Source of the DNA: a virus
Strand: one strand, 5' to 3'
Length of the DNA: 64,000 nucleotides
IMG/VR virus record: IMGVR_UViG_3300045988_180675
Coordinates: 1-64,000 of that record
Shown piece by piece: positions 45,631-53,886 of the stretch (position 1 is the stretch's first letter; every line of letters begins with the position of its first letter). Made by a program: the position numbers and the translations under genes. Below the pieces are notes generated by a model, which saw nothing but the letters and a program-made list of their open reading frames with translations, had not been told where the DNA came from and made no database searches.

Positions 45631-46173
45631 TTAGTAATCTCTTTCCGAAAAAGTAATACCAGAATCCTTATCTAGCCGTGTATCTGGAATTTCTCTTGCA
45701 TATTCTTCAAATTTATTTAATGGAATTTTATGGATGTTGCAGACTGCCTCCTTGAACGGTGTTTTTACCCCAAGTTTCTCTCCGTTCCAATCTCCTTCTT
45801 GATCAGAAAAATATAGCCCACTAATATCGCAAATACTCTGCTCAAAATCAATTCCTGATTCCTCCTTGTTTTCTAGGCACCAACTAATTTTTACTATACA
45901 ATCAGCTTCTGTTTCGTCTTTTTCGTTCGGTAGAAAGACTTTTACAATAAGTTCATCATTTTCTTCTTTTTTGCTAACATCAAATAATGCTGTAAGCAAT
46001 TTAATGGTTTTCCCTGTACCTCTTGTTTTGGAATCGGTTGATTTGATTATGCTAATCAGTTCAGCGATCTTTTCTTTCGCTTCGGAAATGTCTTTAATCG
46101 AATATGTTAACGTGGCGTACAATTTTTCTCCGTTTGAACCCTTGATATAGTTTTTGATTACAAATCTCATCAT
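45631..46173 (-). CDS. hypothetical protein, paralog family C
   Basis: MMRFVIKNYIKG..EAKEKIAELISIIKS parallels MKFLIKNYSKD..EAQEKMAEFITKIKD of 56249..56887. TTGACT-17-TATAAT promoter. Confidence 0.6.
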   Translation of the reverse strand: MMRFVIKNYIKGSNGEKLYATLTYSIKDISEAKEKIAELISIIKSTDSKTRGTGKTIKLLTALFDVSKKEENDELIVKVFLPNEKDETEADCIVKISWCLENKEESGIDFEQSICDISGLYFSDQEGDWNGEKLGVKTPFKEAVCNIHKIPLNKFEEYAREIPDTRLDKDSGITFSERDY

Positions 46174-46228
46174 TCACTTTCCTCTTTTCTACGTCTTTAT
46201 TATATGTTATAAAGAAAGTAAAGTCAAG

Positions 46229-46359
46229 AAAAAAAAGAAGGTCTATCAAGCCTTCTTTTCTTTTTCTAATTCTTTGGAGAGAGTTAGAACAGGGAATTGA
46301 ATAACAAACTTTTCATAATTTTTGGAGAAAAAATGCAAAATCATTTAATTGTTCCCTGT
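46229..46359 (-). ncRNA. candidate small RNA, family member B
   Basis: Promoter TTGCAT(46394-46389)-17-TAGTAT(46371-46366). ACAGGGAA..TTCCCTGT stem, CCAAAGAATTAGAAAAAG tail, AGAAGG..CCTTCT terminator plus U8. Collinear with 57802..57914. Confidence 0.45.
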
Positions 46360-46397
46360 ATCTATATACTAGCATATCCTAGCGGTATATGCAAGCA

Positions 46398-47261
46398 CTA
46401 ATTTCTGTTATATCCGAAGGTTCTTGTCTTGAAAACATCTTTCCAATAATTTTCTCGTGCATAGATACGTGCTGGTTGGGTATTCTTTGGGAAGATCTCA
46501 AGAAGCGTGTAAGTAAAATTTTCAATGAAGTAGTCTTCGCCTTCATTTTCTAATAGTTCTTTTAATCCTTTGTTTCCGCCTGTAAACGAGGTTTTGTAAT
46601 CGTTCCATCTTTGTAAGATGCCGTCCTTGCCACTTGCAGATCCGATATATAACTTTCCGTTTCGTGTATCAGTGATGCAGTAAATTCCTTTAACACCAGA
46701 TAGTGCTGCTCTGTAGTCTGCATATCGAACGCCATCAATCATGGATTTTAATGTTTTGAATGGTAGATGCACATTTTCGAAGCCGTTAAACTTAATTGGT
46801 TCGTAGATGTTAGGCAGAATTTCTGCCACTTCGATATTTTTAATCATATTTTCTGCACTAAAAATATATCTGGAGTAGGTATTCCCTTTGTGATAGTGGA
46901 TGATTAGTCGCCCGATTAGGCTACTATATTCAGGTAATTCGTCGTGTCCACACGTCCCAATGTTGTCGGCATCTGGAATTGATGTTATCTTACCAGCTGA
47001 TACTAATAACCACTTATCATCACTTTCCTGTAATCTTACAAAACCGAAGCATAGCTGCCCGTTCGCAGTGAAGTTTCGACTCTTTCCCTGGTGAGAATGA
47101 TATGTGAAATCTGTATTTCTATCATTTGGATCACTCTCATACCAATCTAAAAAGTGCGTTCTTCCTTGCCAACCCATGTTTAAGCCGATCTTGGTGTTTG
47201 CAATTTGATTCTTTGTTAAGTGTAAAATATCGTTTAGTTTTAATTTCTTGTCATCGTTCAT
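46398..47261 (-). CDS. GIY-YIG nuclease-domain protein (homing-endonuclease-like)
   Basis: C-terminal GIYCITDTRNGKLYIGSA..ILQRWNDY..RENYWK..GYNRN. Start moved to MNDDKK (ATG 47261). Confidence 0.7.
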   Translation of the reverse strand: MNDDKKLKLNDILHLTKNQIANTKIGLNMGWQGRTHFLDWYESDPNDRNTDFTYHSHQGKSRNFTANGQLCFGFVRLQESDDKWLLVSAGKITSIPDADNIGTCGHDELPEYSSLIGRLIIHYHKGNTYSRYIFSAENMIKNIEVAEILPNIYEPIKFNGFENVHLPFKTLKSMIDGVRYADYRAALSGVKGIYCITDTRNGKLYIGSASGKDGILQRWNDYKTSFTGGNKGLKELLENEGEDYFIENFTYTLLEIFPKNTQPARIYARENYWKDVFKTRTFGYNRN

Positions 47262-47319
47262 ATTTGTTTTCTCTTTCTTTATCATATAACAGTATATCAT
47301 ATTTTTACAAAAAAATCAA

Positions 47320-47419
47320 AAAAATAAAAGAAGGTTTACTAGACCTTCTTTTAGTAATATATGCTTAACAAATAAGCAAGTAAGAGAGATAAGGGCTATG
47401 CAACCCTGGACCTATGTCC
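47320..47419 (-). ncRNA. candidate small RNA, family member C (divergent body)
   Basis: Promoter TTGCAT(47454-47449)-17-TAATAT(47431-47426), followed by the same ATAGG start as members A and B. Hairpins GGAC-atag-GTCC and AGGG-ttgcatag-CCCT. AGAAGGT..ACCTTCT terminator. Confidence 0.4.
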
Positions 47420-47463
47420 ACCTATATATTATTACAAGCAAATACAGAATGCAAGAAGAAAAT

Positions 47464-47645
47464 AAAAAAAGAGAACGCCATTTTCTTTGACGCCCTCGCA
47501 TCTCTTTCTGCATACGCAGTAGAGTGTTGTAAGTTTTACCTTACGATTAACTTGTGTTTTTAGAGTCTACTTTTTAGTATGTATCGTTCGCTCAAGCAAA
47601 AGAGCTGAGTGGGATGGTGTACTTTGTTCGCTTGATTTACGATAC
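47464..47645 (-). ncRNA. candidate ~180-nt small RNA
   Basis: Promoter TTGACA(47680-47675)-17-TAAGAT(47657-47652). Helices GTATCGT/ACGATAC (47581-47587/47639-47645) and GTAAG/CTTAC (47529-47544). CCAUCCCA loop. Terminator at 47471-47497 plus U7. Confidence 0.4.
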
Positions 47646-47712
47646 TTTTTTATCTTACATGCTAACATCTAAAATGTCAATAAATATTTTTGCAAAAATA
47701 TCTAATTAGTAT

Positions 47713-47741
47713 TTGTTAAAAAGAAACTATTGTGTTATACT
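47713..47741 (+). promoter_or_regulatory. element-consensus promoter
   Basis: TTGTTA-AAAAGAAACTATTGTGT-TATACT (17-nt spacer). Confidence 0.55.
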
Positions 47742-47770
47742 ATAAGTATAGAAAGAAAGAGAGAAGAAAT

Positions 47771-48112
47771 ATGGGCAAACTTATTTTAAAAAAGGATTGG
47801 AAATATTTAACAATCATGGAATGGGAAGGAATATTGGAAGATGTTTCTGAAGCTAGCACGAAGTTTAAATATCAGACATTTACGGTAAAAGGAGAAAGAG
47901 TTTACGAACTTGTTATGAAGAACGAAGGGAAGATATGCGGACGATGGGTTGGAAACAAAATAACCTTTTTAAGAGGATGCTCTGCTTGCCACAAGGAAAT
48001 TATTGAAGCATATTTAACTGGCTATAGTGCAGGAGTTATTTCAAATAGATTATCGCTGATCCAAAAAGTAAGTGACTGCGAGATGTGGATTGGCATGGAA
48101 GTTAATAAATAA
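47771..48112 (+). CDS. hypothetical protein
   Basis: Start at MGKLILKK after an AGAAAGAGAGAAG RBS, downstream of the promoter at 47713. Confidence 0.5.
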   Translation: MGKLILKKDWKYLTIMEWEGILEDVSEASTKFKYQTFTVKGERVYELVMKNEGKICGRWVGNKITFLRGCSACHKEIIEAYLTGYSAGVISNRLSLIQKVSDCEMWIGMEVNK

Positions 48113-48131
48113 AAGAAAGAGAGGGAAATCA

Positions 48132-48491
48132 ATGCTAAGAGGAAAATCAATGTTATTTACAGAAGAAAACAAGAAAGGTGTTGCAAGCGTGTGCGACTCT
48201 ATTATGAGTGGGAAAGAATTGAGCGTAAAACAGATAGAAGATGCTTATTTGTTTATGGTGGAAGCTGGATGCGAAATAGAGAGAAAAATTAAGATGGTTT
48301 TAGAAATCGTCTATCCGTCTGTATGGAAGTGCTTTTATGGGTTGGATAACTTTAATATTTTTTGTAAAACACTTTATTTCAGGTATATCAATAACGATAA
48401 CGAGCTTGTTTCGTTCAAATTTCCGCTTAAACTATTGGGATTATCAAGAAAAGAATTGGAAGCAGAAGCCGAAAACATACAAAAGGACTAA
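48132..48491 (+). CDS. hypothetical protein, paralog family E
   Basis: Start ATG 48132 (or 48150), each with an AGAGG RBS. Architecture and blocks are like 59795.., 60250.. and 62553... Confidence 0.5.
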   Translation: MLRGKSMLFTEENKKGVASVCDSIMSGKELSVKQIEDAYLFMVEAGCEIERKIKMVLEIVYPSVWKCFYGLDNFNIFCKTLYFRYINNDNELVSFKFPLKLLGLSRKELEAEAENIQKD

Positions 48492-48508
48492 AGAAAGTCC
48501 TTTTTTAG

Positions 48509-48537
48509 TTGCTAAAAAGAATATGTTGTAGTATAAT
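48509..48537 (+). promoter_or_regulatory. element-consensus promoter
   Basis: TTGCTA-AAAAGAATATGTTGTAG-TATAAT. Confidence 0.6.
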
Positions 48538-48566
48538 AAGTATATAAGAAGAAAGGGATAAAAGAG

Positions 48567-49241
48567 ATGTTAAATAAAGAACAAAGTAAAGAATATGAAA
48601 AGCACCTTATGAAGAAGAAGGCTGAACTATTGAAATATTTAAGAAGACAGGCAGTTAATCTTGGGAAGTTTACTTCCATGGATGAGTATCTGGATAAACT
48701 AAAGAAAGAAGAAAAACTTTGTTATGAAGGAGATGCAACCAGATTGTACCAGAGTGTTTATGCGGCACTTGCTAGATACTTCGATCGATATCGACAAGGT
48801 GATGATTTTTTATATGATAGTCTTAGTATTCACGATACAAATGATGCGATTGCATATCTATTTGGGAAGAAACTTGAACGCAACAAGGTTGATATTGTAG
48901 AGCTGATTGGACAGTTAAGGGATGGGGTTGCGGAGATTGGTGATGGCGAACATTATATGTTGCTAGAACTTCACAGGACTTATCTTGAGTTTTTGGAAGC
49001 AAGAATCCTTCACATTCAACTGCTCACTGGACACAAGTTAATTGCGAGTGAAGATCAGTTTTGTGTTAAAAATGCAATAATAAATGCTGCTGGTATAATG
49101 ATAATCAACTACCAATGTGAGCTTGAAGGCAAGATTGTCGATAAAGTATTATGGCTCGGAGCAAGATATCTATCCATGAGCGATGTATTACTAAAGAAAA
49201 AATCTAAACAAAAACAAAATTGTAACACTTGGAAATATTAA
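48567..49241 (+). CDS. hypothetical protein
   Basis: 224-aa ORF with an AAAGGGA RBS. Confidence 0.55.
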   Translation: MLNKEQSKEYEKHLMKKKAELLKYLRRQAVNLGKFTSMDEYLDKLKKEEKLCYEGDATRLYQSVYAALARYFDRYRQGDDFLYDSLSIHDTNDAIAYLFGKKLERNKVDIVELIGQLRDGVAEIGDGEHYMLLELHRTYLEFLEARILHIQLLTGHKLIASEDQFCVKNAIINAAGIMIINYQCELEGKIVDKVLWLGARYLSMSDVLLKKKSKQKQNCNTWKY

Positions 49242-49258
49242 AAGGAGAAAATAAAAAT

Positions 49259-49960
49259 ATGGAAAGAAAATACAACATTATCATTTGTCCAGAGTATGAC
49301 GTACCTTTAGATAAATTAAAGGAAAATGGAGTTCAGTTTTGCAAAGAAGAACTATCTGATTTTGGAACAGTTGGTGTTCCGTTGTATCTGTTTGATGTTG
49401 ACATGATTATGCGAAGTATTCCTGTGGATATCACTACTTGGTTATGGCACAGAGAACGTAACGGAATGAGTTCTACAGAATGGGCAAAGCAAGCACGGAA
49501 AGGAAATTACGTAGAAAAAGCTCTTGAAAAGAACTTTGGTCCATTATGTGAGATTGCAAAAGAAAACATTAAATTCGTCCACGAACTCTTTGGTGACATC
49601 TATGTGAACATTAAGGAAGAGGGAGAAGAAGAGTTTGTTAAAGTGCTAAATAAGGTTAATAAAGAGGCATTAGAAAATATGGGCGATCTAATCCGATGTT
49701 TCGTTGAACATGGATACATCAGTCAACAAGATTACCTTGAGCGAAAATATCCTATGGCATTCAGAGTTGTTGATGATCCGCAGCTTGGCAAGACAAGGTT
49801 GGCTGATCTAATATTCTTCTATAAAGAAGGAGAATACGAAGAAGCAAGAGCGGATATGGATGTCAAGATGTTTTGCAAGCTGAATGATGTTTCAGCGAGA
49901 ATGTTGTTTTGCCATAAGCGAGATGAGGATGATGATGTTCCACATGGGCAACTATCGTAA
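49259..49960 (+). CDS. hypothetical protein, paralog family D
   Basis: MERKYNIIICPEYDVPLDKLKENGVQFCKEEL parallels MKRKYNIVVCPRWELPLKQLNIETGVKFCGREL (59050) and MKRRYNVAVCPRWDLPVEHLNTEAGMQFCEREL (61824). AAAGGAG RBS. Confidence 0.6.
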   Translation: MERKYNIIICPEYDVPLDKLKENGVQFCKEELSDFGTVGVPLYLFDVDMIMRSIPVDITTWLWHRERNGMSSTEWAKQARKGNYVEKALEKNFGPLCEIAKENIKFVHELFGDIYVNIKEEGEEEFVKVLNKVNKEALENMGDLIRCFVEHGYISQQDYLERKYPMAFRVVDDPQLGKTRLADLIFFYKEGEYEEARADMDVKMFCKLNDVSARMLFCHKRDEDDDVPHGQLS

Positions 49961-49964
49961 AAAA

Positions 49965-49997
49965 TAAAAAAGTGCTGTTTAAGCACTTTCTTTTTTT
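49965..49997. terminator. bidirectional terminator between convergent genes
   Basis: AAGTGCT-gttta-AGCACTT with an A-run and a T-run. Confidence 0.6.
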
Positions 49998-49999
49998 AA

Positions 50000-51100
50000 T
50001 TACTTTGGTAAAAAGATTTCTGCATCGTAATCCTCGTCCACATCTGGAGCAAAGTACATTTTTGTTTTACGATCGAGAGTTTCTTTTGGTAGGTTGGCTA
50101 AAAAATTCCAACCCTTGTCTTTCTTACCGTTTAGTAGGAATGTGTAATCTGGTCGATGACGCAAAATTGACTCCACAGTTCCCTCTACAAAGAAGACGTT
50201 TCTTCCTACAATGGTAACCATGTCTTCTTTTAAGAAATCTTGGTATTTGTCTAACAAAATTTCTTTTTCTTTTAGAATAAGATCTGCTAGTTCTTTCTTA
50301 CTCAAGAATGTAACTGTTTTGTTCTTGTTGGAAACTAAAACAAATGGTTTAGCACACTGCTTATTTGAAGATTCAGTGGCTTTAAATGGGCTATAGTATC
50401 CATCAGTACAACCTTCCTTCTTTATATAAGCAGCGATCTCATTTTCAACTTGTTTTTTAAAGTGTTTGAGTCCGAAGCTGTCCATATAACCATCAGAAAT
50501 GTATGTGCCCTGTATATCCCCAATAAACCAGTCTTGTTCGATGTTAAATATCTCCGAAATTAAGATCATCCATTCTTCAATGGACATCTTATTACAATTT
50601 CTTTGGTATCTTACACCAGCTTTTCTTGATAGGAAATTCTCTAAGATTTCTGATGTAGTATCAATGACCGCAAGATCTGGAACGTCATCTACGTTTTCAC
50701 CTTCGATAAAGACTATTACTCCAGATGTTTTGTCGTAGCGATAGCAATCTTGTCCATTGATTCTCAGGAATATCTTTGCAATATCCAAACTGTCATCATC
50801 ATAGAAATCAGCTCCATCAATCACTTCGCCGTTGTGATACACAGCTTCTCCTACGCCATCAACGACCGTTTGACCAGCGTGTTCGATGTAGAAATCAAAA
50901 TCTACTGCCTTGCTAATAGCTCTGATCTCATTGAATGGGACATCCCACTTTGAACAGAAAGATATAGAACAAGTTTCCATATCTAATGCTTCCATTGTTA
51001 CTTTTTGGGATAATACTCCATATTGAATTAGTAGTATCAATAATTCGTTGAAATCCTCTTTGTTTCTGCAAAATAAATTCGTTTTAACCAAGTTTGCCAT
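50000..51100 (-). CDS. hypothetical protein
   Basis: 366-aa ORF with a strong AAGGAGG RBS. Confidence 0.6.
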   Translation of the reverse strand: MANLVKTNLFCRNKEDFNELLILLIQYGVLSQKVTMEALDMETCSISFCSKWDVPFNEIRAISKAVDFDFYIEHAGQTVVDGVGEAVYHNGEVIDGADFYDDDSLDIAKIFLRINGQDCYRYDKTSGVIVFIEGENVDDVPDLAVIDTTSEILENFLSRKAGVRYQRNCNKMSIEEWMILISEIFNIEQDWFIGDIQGTYISDGYMDSFGLKHFKKQVENEIAAYIKKEGCTDGYYSPFKATESSNKQCAKPFVLVSNKNKTVTFLSKKELADLILKEKEILLDKYQDFLKEDMVTIVGRNVFFVEGTVESILRHRPDYTFLLNGKKDKGWNFLANLPKETLDRKTKMYFAPDVDEDYDAEIFLPK

Positions 51101-51102
51101 AT

Positions 51103-51456
51103 TTAATTTTCCTCCTTGTTCCCTAGAAAAGTGTTTTCAAAATATTTTTCTAAATCTTTATTCATTTCTTCCTTTGCATTGTCGAGATCTTTGATATCTA
51201 GTTTATCTAATTTTTCAAGATATTGCACTAATTCTTCTTCAGTATCAAAATCTCTTTCTGTTTGATAACGCAGATTTTTAGTGAGTTCTACTTCGGTAAT
51301 CACATAGAACCTATTTCCTTTTGGTGCAATATGGACTAAAAATTTTCCTACTTCACTATCTTTGTATACAGCATGTACAAAACACAAGTAAAGATCGTCC
51401 AGTTCCCAGTTCTGCATCGTTTCTTTTACTAATTTGCGAATTTGTTCTAATTCCAT
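51103..51456 (-). CDS. hypothetical protein
   Basis: 117-aa ORF with a GGAGG RBS. Confidence 0.5.
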   Translation of the reverse strand: MELEQIRKLVKETMQNWELDDLYLCFVHAVYKDSEVGKFLVHIAPKGNRFYVITEVELTKNLRYQTERDFDTEEELVQYLEKLDKLDIKDLDNAKEEMNKDLEKYFENTFLGNKEEN

Positions 51457-51698
51457 TTTTTATTTTCCTCCGTTTTTTTAATACCATGCATCTCCATGAT
51501 TTGATCAAATATTTCTGAAGTGATCTGGAGAGTGTTTTGGTTTTCAATGATACCACCGTCAAGCTCTTCACCATTTTGGTAGATTGTGTAGTCGCAATCA
51601 TCATCTGAGTTGATCTGTACTGCGATTATGTAGTCGCCAACTTGCTTGACTATATCGTAGATTTCTAGTAATTCTTCAATCAATTCTTGATTATCCAT
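51447..51698 (-). CDS. hypothetical acidic protein
   Basis: 83-aa ORF that overlaps its neighbours. Confidence 0.5.
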   Translation of the reverse strand: MDNQELIEELLEIYDIVKQVGDYIIAVQINSDDDCDYTIYQNGEELDGGIIENQNTLQITSEIFDQIMEMHGIKKTEENKKWN

Positions 51699-51699
51699 A

Positions 51700-51951
51700 C
51701 TACTTGCCTACTGGCATCTTTGTAAATGCCTTCTTGTCCAACCCACAGAAAGCCTTGATATGCTTTCCAGTTGTCATTGTGTAGCTGTCATACAAACGTA
51801 CTAGCGTGTCATCTGGTAAGCGTTTGATGATTGGTGTGTCGTAGCTATAAAGAGTTTCTGTTCCATCTTCCTCTACTACGACTTTAGCCTTTCCGCCAAA
51901 ACTTGCTTGGTTCTGATTCTCTGTTGGTGTTAATTCGTAAATCTTTTCCAT
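51700..51951 (-). CDS. hypothetical protein
   Basis: Start at MEKIYELT (ATG 51951) after AAGGAGG. The track start at 51972 lacks an RBS. Confidence 0.5.
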   Translation of the reverse strand: MEKIYELTPTENQNQASFGGKAKVVVEEDGTETLYSYDTPIIKRLPDDTLVRLYDSYTMTTGKHIKAFCGLDKKAFTKMPVGK

Positions 51952-52030
51952 GTTATTTTCCTCCTTAGCCATTTTGGCTCATACATGATTTTCACCTTAT
52001 TTACGTTAATTTTCTCCATAACATCAAATA

Positions 52031-52042
52031 AGATACGTATCT
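52031..52042. promoter_or_regulatory. perfect 12-bp palindrome AGATACGTATCT in a divergent promoter region (candidate operator)
   Basis: Seen directly between the 51951 operon and the 52165 gene. Confidence 0.3.
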
Positions 52043-52164
52043 ATTATGCAAGAATATAAGAAAGAAAAAAGGTTATGAAGACCAGGCTCTCACTTAATGT
52101 TGGTTTACAAGGCAAAATGGTGTATAATTTAGTTAGTACAAAGAAAGGAAAAGTGATTAGATTT

Positions 52165-52371
52165 ATGTTAGAAGAAACTCCGAGGTTCAGAGCAAAACGA
52201 ATGACTGATGGTGAATATGTTGAAGGCTGCTTAATCATGCATGAAGGTAGCCCTTTTACCTACATACTTACAGATGATGGGTATAATTACATGATTACAG
52301 ATGACTTGACTGGTGATTGTAAGTGCAAGCTTGTAAGAGTTCTTGGGCATTCCGTAGAGCAAATTTGTTAA
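52165..52371 (+). CDS. small hypothetical protein
   Basis: Start at MLEETPRF downstream of a TTACAA..TATAAT promoter. The track start at 52075 precedes the promoter. Confidence 0.4.
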   Translation: MLEETPRFRAKRMTDGEYVEGCLIMHEGSPFTYILTDDGYNYMITDDLTGDCKCKLVRVLGHSVEQIC

Positions 52372-52374
52372 TAT

Positions 52375-52408
52375 TAAAAGACATCCATTTGAGATGTCTT
52401 TATTTTTT
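52375..52408. terminator. bidirectional terminator
   Basis: AAGACATC-catttga-GATGTCTT plus T-run. Confidence 0.6.
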
Positions 52409-52779
52409 TACAGAGCCTCGAAGTCCTTAATAATAGATTCAATTTCTGCTTTGATTCCACTCAGAATGCGACAATAACATATTGAACGTTTGAGCGTTGA
52501 AATTATCTCATATTGCTTGGCGTCGAGTATTGTTACAAATCCCTTTGTCACGTTCACGATCGGCTTTGTAAGCAGCTGAATCTCAACTACCACCTTCCCG
52601 TCTTCACCTGGCTGATGGATATGCACGTTGACGGCATGTTTTTTTCCATCTATTTCTCTTGTTAGCCGTATACCTTCCTGATCTGTTGAGATCTCCACAA
52701 AACCAGTAATCTGAGCCATTATTTCATTCTTTATATTTTCGATTCCTGAAACTGACTGTTCGATTGTTTTCTTTGCCAC
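52408..52779 (-). CDS. hypothetical protein
   Basis: 123 aa with a GTG start after a GAGGAAG RBS. Confidence 0.5.
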   Translation of the reverse strand: MAKKTIEQSVSGIENIKNEIMAQITGFVEISTDQEGIRLTREIDGKKHAVNVHIHQPGEDGKVVVEIQLLTKPIVNVTKGFVTILDAKQYEIISTLKRSICYCRILSGIKAEIESIIKDFEAL

Positions 52780-52784
52780 TTAAT

Positions 52785-52967
52785 TCACTTCCTCGTTGCT
52801 TCTATAAAGAGTTCAATTAGACGTTTCGCTGAAATTAGAACCAAGAAAACAGCCAGAGCTTTAGCTGTGATCGTATTCCATGTAAACAGCGTCCATGTGG
52901 ATAGCGTGAAAGCTATGGTGTAAAAAATTAGTACCAATACTAATGTCGGGATGCTTTTCTTATTCAT
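52785..52967 (-). CDS. small two-TM membrane protein
   Basis: 60 aa, hydrophobic, GAGGAAG RBS. Confidence 0.45.
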   Translation of the reverse strand: MNKKSIPTLVLVLIFYTIAFTLSTWTLFTWNTITAKALAVFLVLISAKRLIELFIEATRK

Positions 52968-52990
52968 TTTTTATTCTTCCTCATTTCTTT

Positions 52991-53809
52991 CTAATTTTTA
53001 TATGCCTTATCAGTGATAATATCTGAGATTTTGTATATTTTACCATCTTCCAATTGGTCTGCAAAATATTTCATCTGATACTCAATATCATGTTTACCTT
53101 TTGGCTTTTCAAATTTCCATGAACTACTGAAATCAGATTTTTCATCTAATGCGTCGATACGATTTTTCTTCTTGTTGAGTCTAATATACAATTCATCGTC
53201 ATCTTTAATGCATGATAAAAGCTCTTCTTTTACAGCGATAGGACAATCAATAATGCTTTCGTCGATCATGTATTTCTTATCTCTCATCTTTTCTTCGATG
53301 AAGTTGTAATCATCCATGGCAATCCATGCCAACGCCCCAATGGCTGTGGCAACAAGCATTATTATCATTACGATAGAACCAAATATCAGAGTTGCTCCGA
53401 GAAAATAATTTCTCATATTTAAAGAATACATGCAGAATTTTGCGAAAGCAATTATTCCAGCAATGGAAATTGCAAAGGCTAGTATCGGCTTAAATGTTAC
53501 TTTTAATATTGTTTTGGTGATCGTGCCAATTCCTAGCCACTTTCCGATTTCTCTTTTGCTTTCCTTTTTCGTTGTCGGTTTATTACCCAATTGCTTGCAC
53601 AACGCTTTCTTTTGCTCTAGCTCATCAACTTCACTATCTGCTTCGATGCACTTATCGAATGGAAGGGATTTACTTATTTCGTTATTCTTGTATATCTCTT
53701 TTCTTGGAACGGCTTTTTCTACAGCTTCTTCTTGAGCATCATCTTCTTCTAAGATGCTTTCTAGTGTGAAGTGATTATTAGACTGCTGTTCTTGTGTTAG
53801 TCCTGCCAT
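52991..53809 (-). CDS. membrane protein, paralog family B
   Basis: MAGLTQEQQ.., LPFDKC, TM helices, YKISDIITDKAYKN. AAGGAG RBS. Confidence 0.6.
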   Translation of the reverse strand: MAGLTQEQQSNNHFTLESILEEDDAQEEAVEKAVPRKEIYKNNEISKSLPFDKCIEADSEVDELEQKKALCKQLGNKPTTKKESKREIGKWLGIGTITKTILKVTFKPILAFAISIAGIIAFAKFCMYSLNMRNYFLGATLIFGSIVMIIMLVATAIGALAWIAMDDYNFIEEKMRDKKYMIDESIIDCPIAVKEELLSCIKDDDELYIRLNKKKNRIDALDEKSDFSSSWKFEKPKGKHDIEYQMKYFADQLEDGKIYKISDIITDKAYKN

Positions 53810-53886
53810 CTTTGTTCTCCTTACCTTTCTAGTAAACTACACACCGCCTTTCGACGGTGTGCTTTACACTGTTCTTTATTACATAG

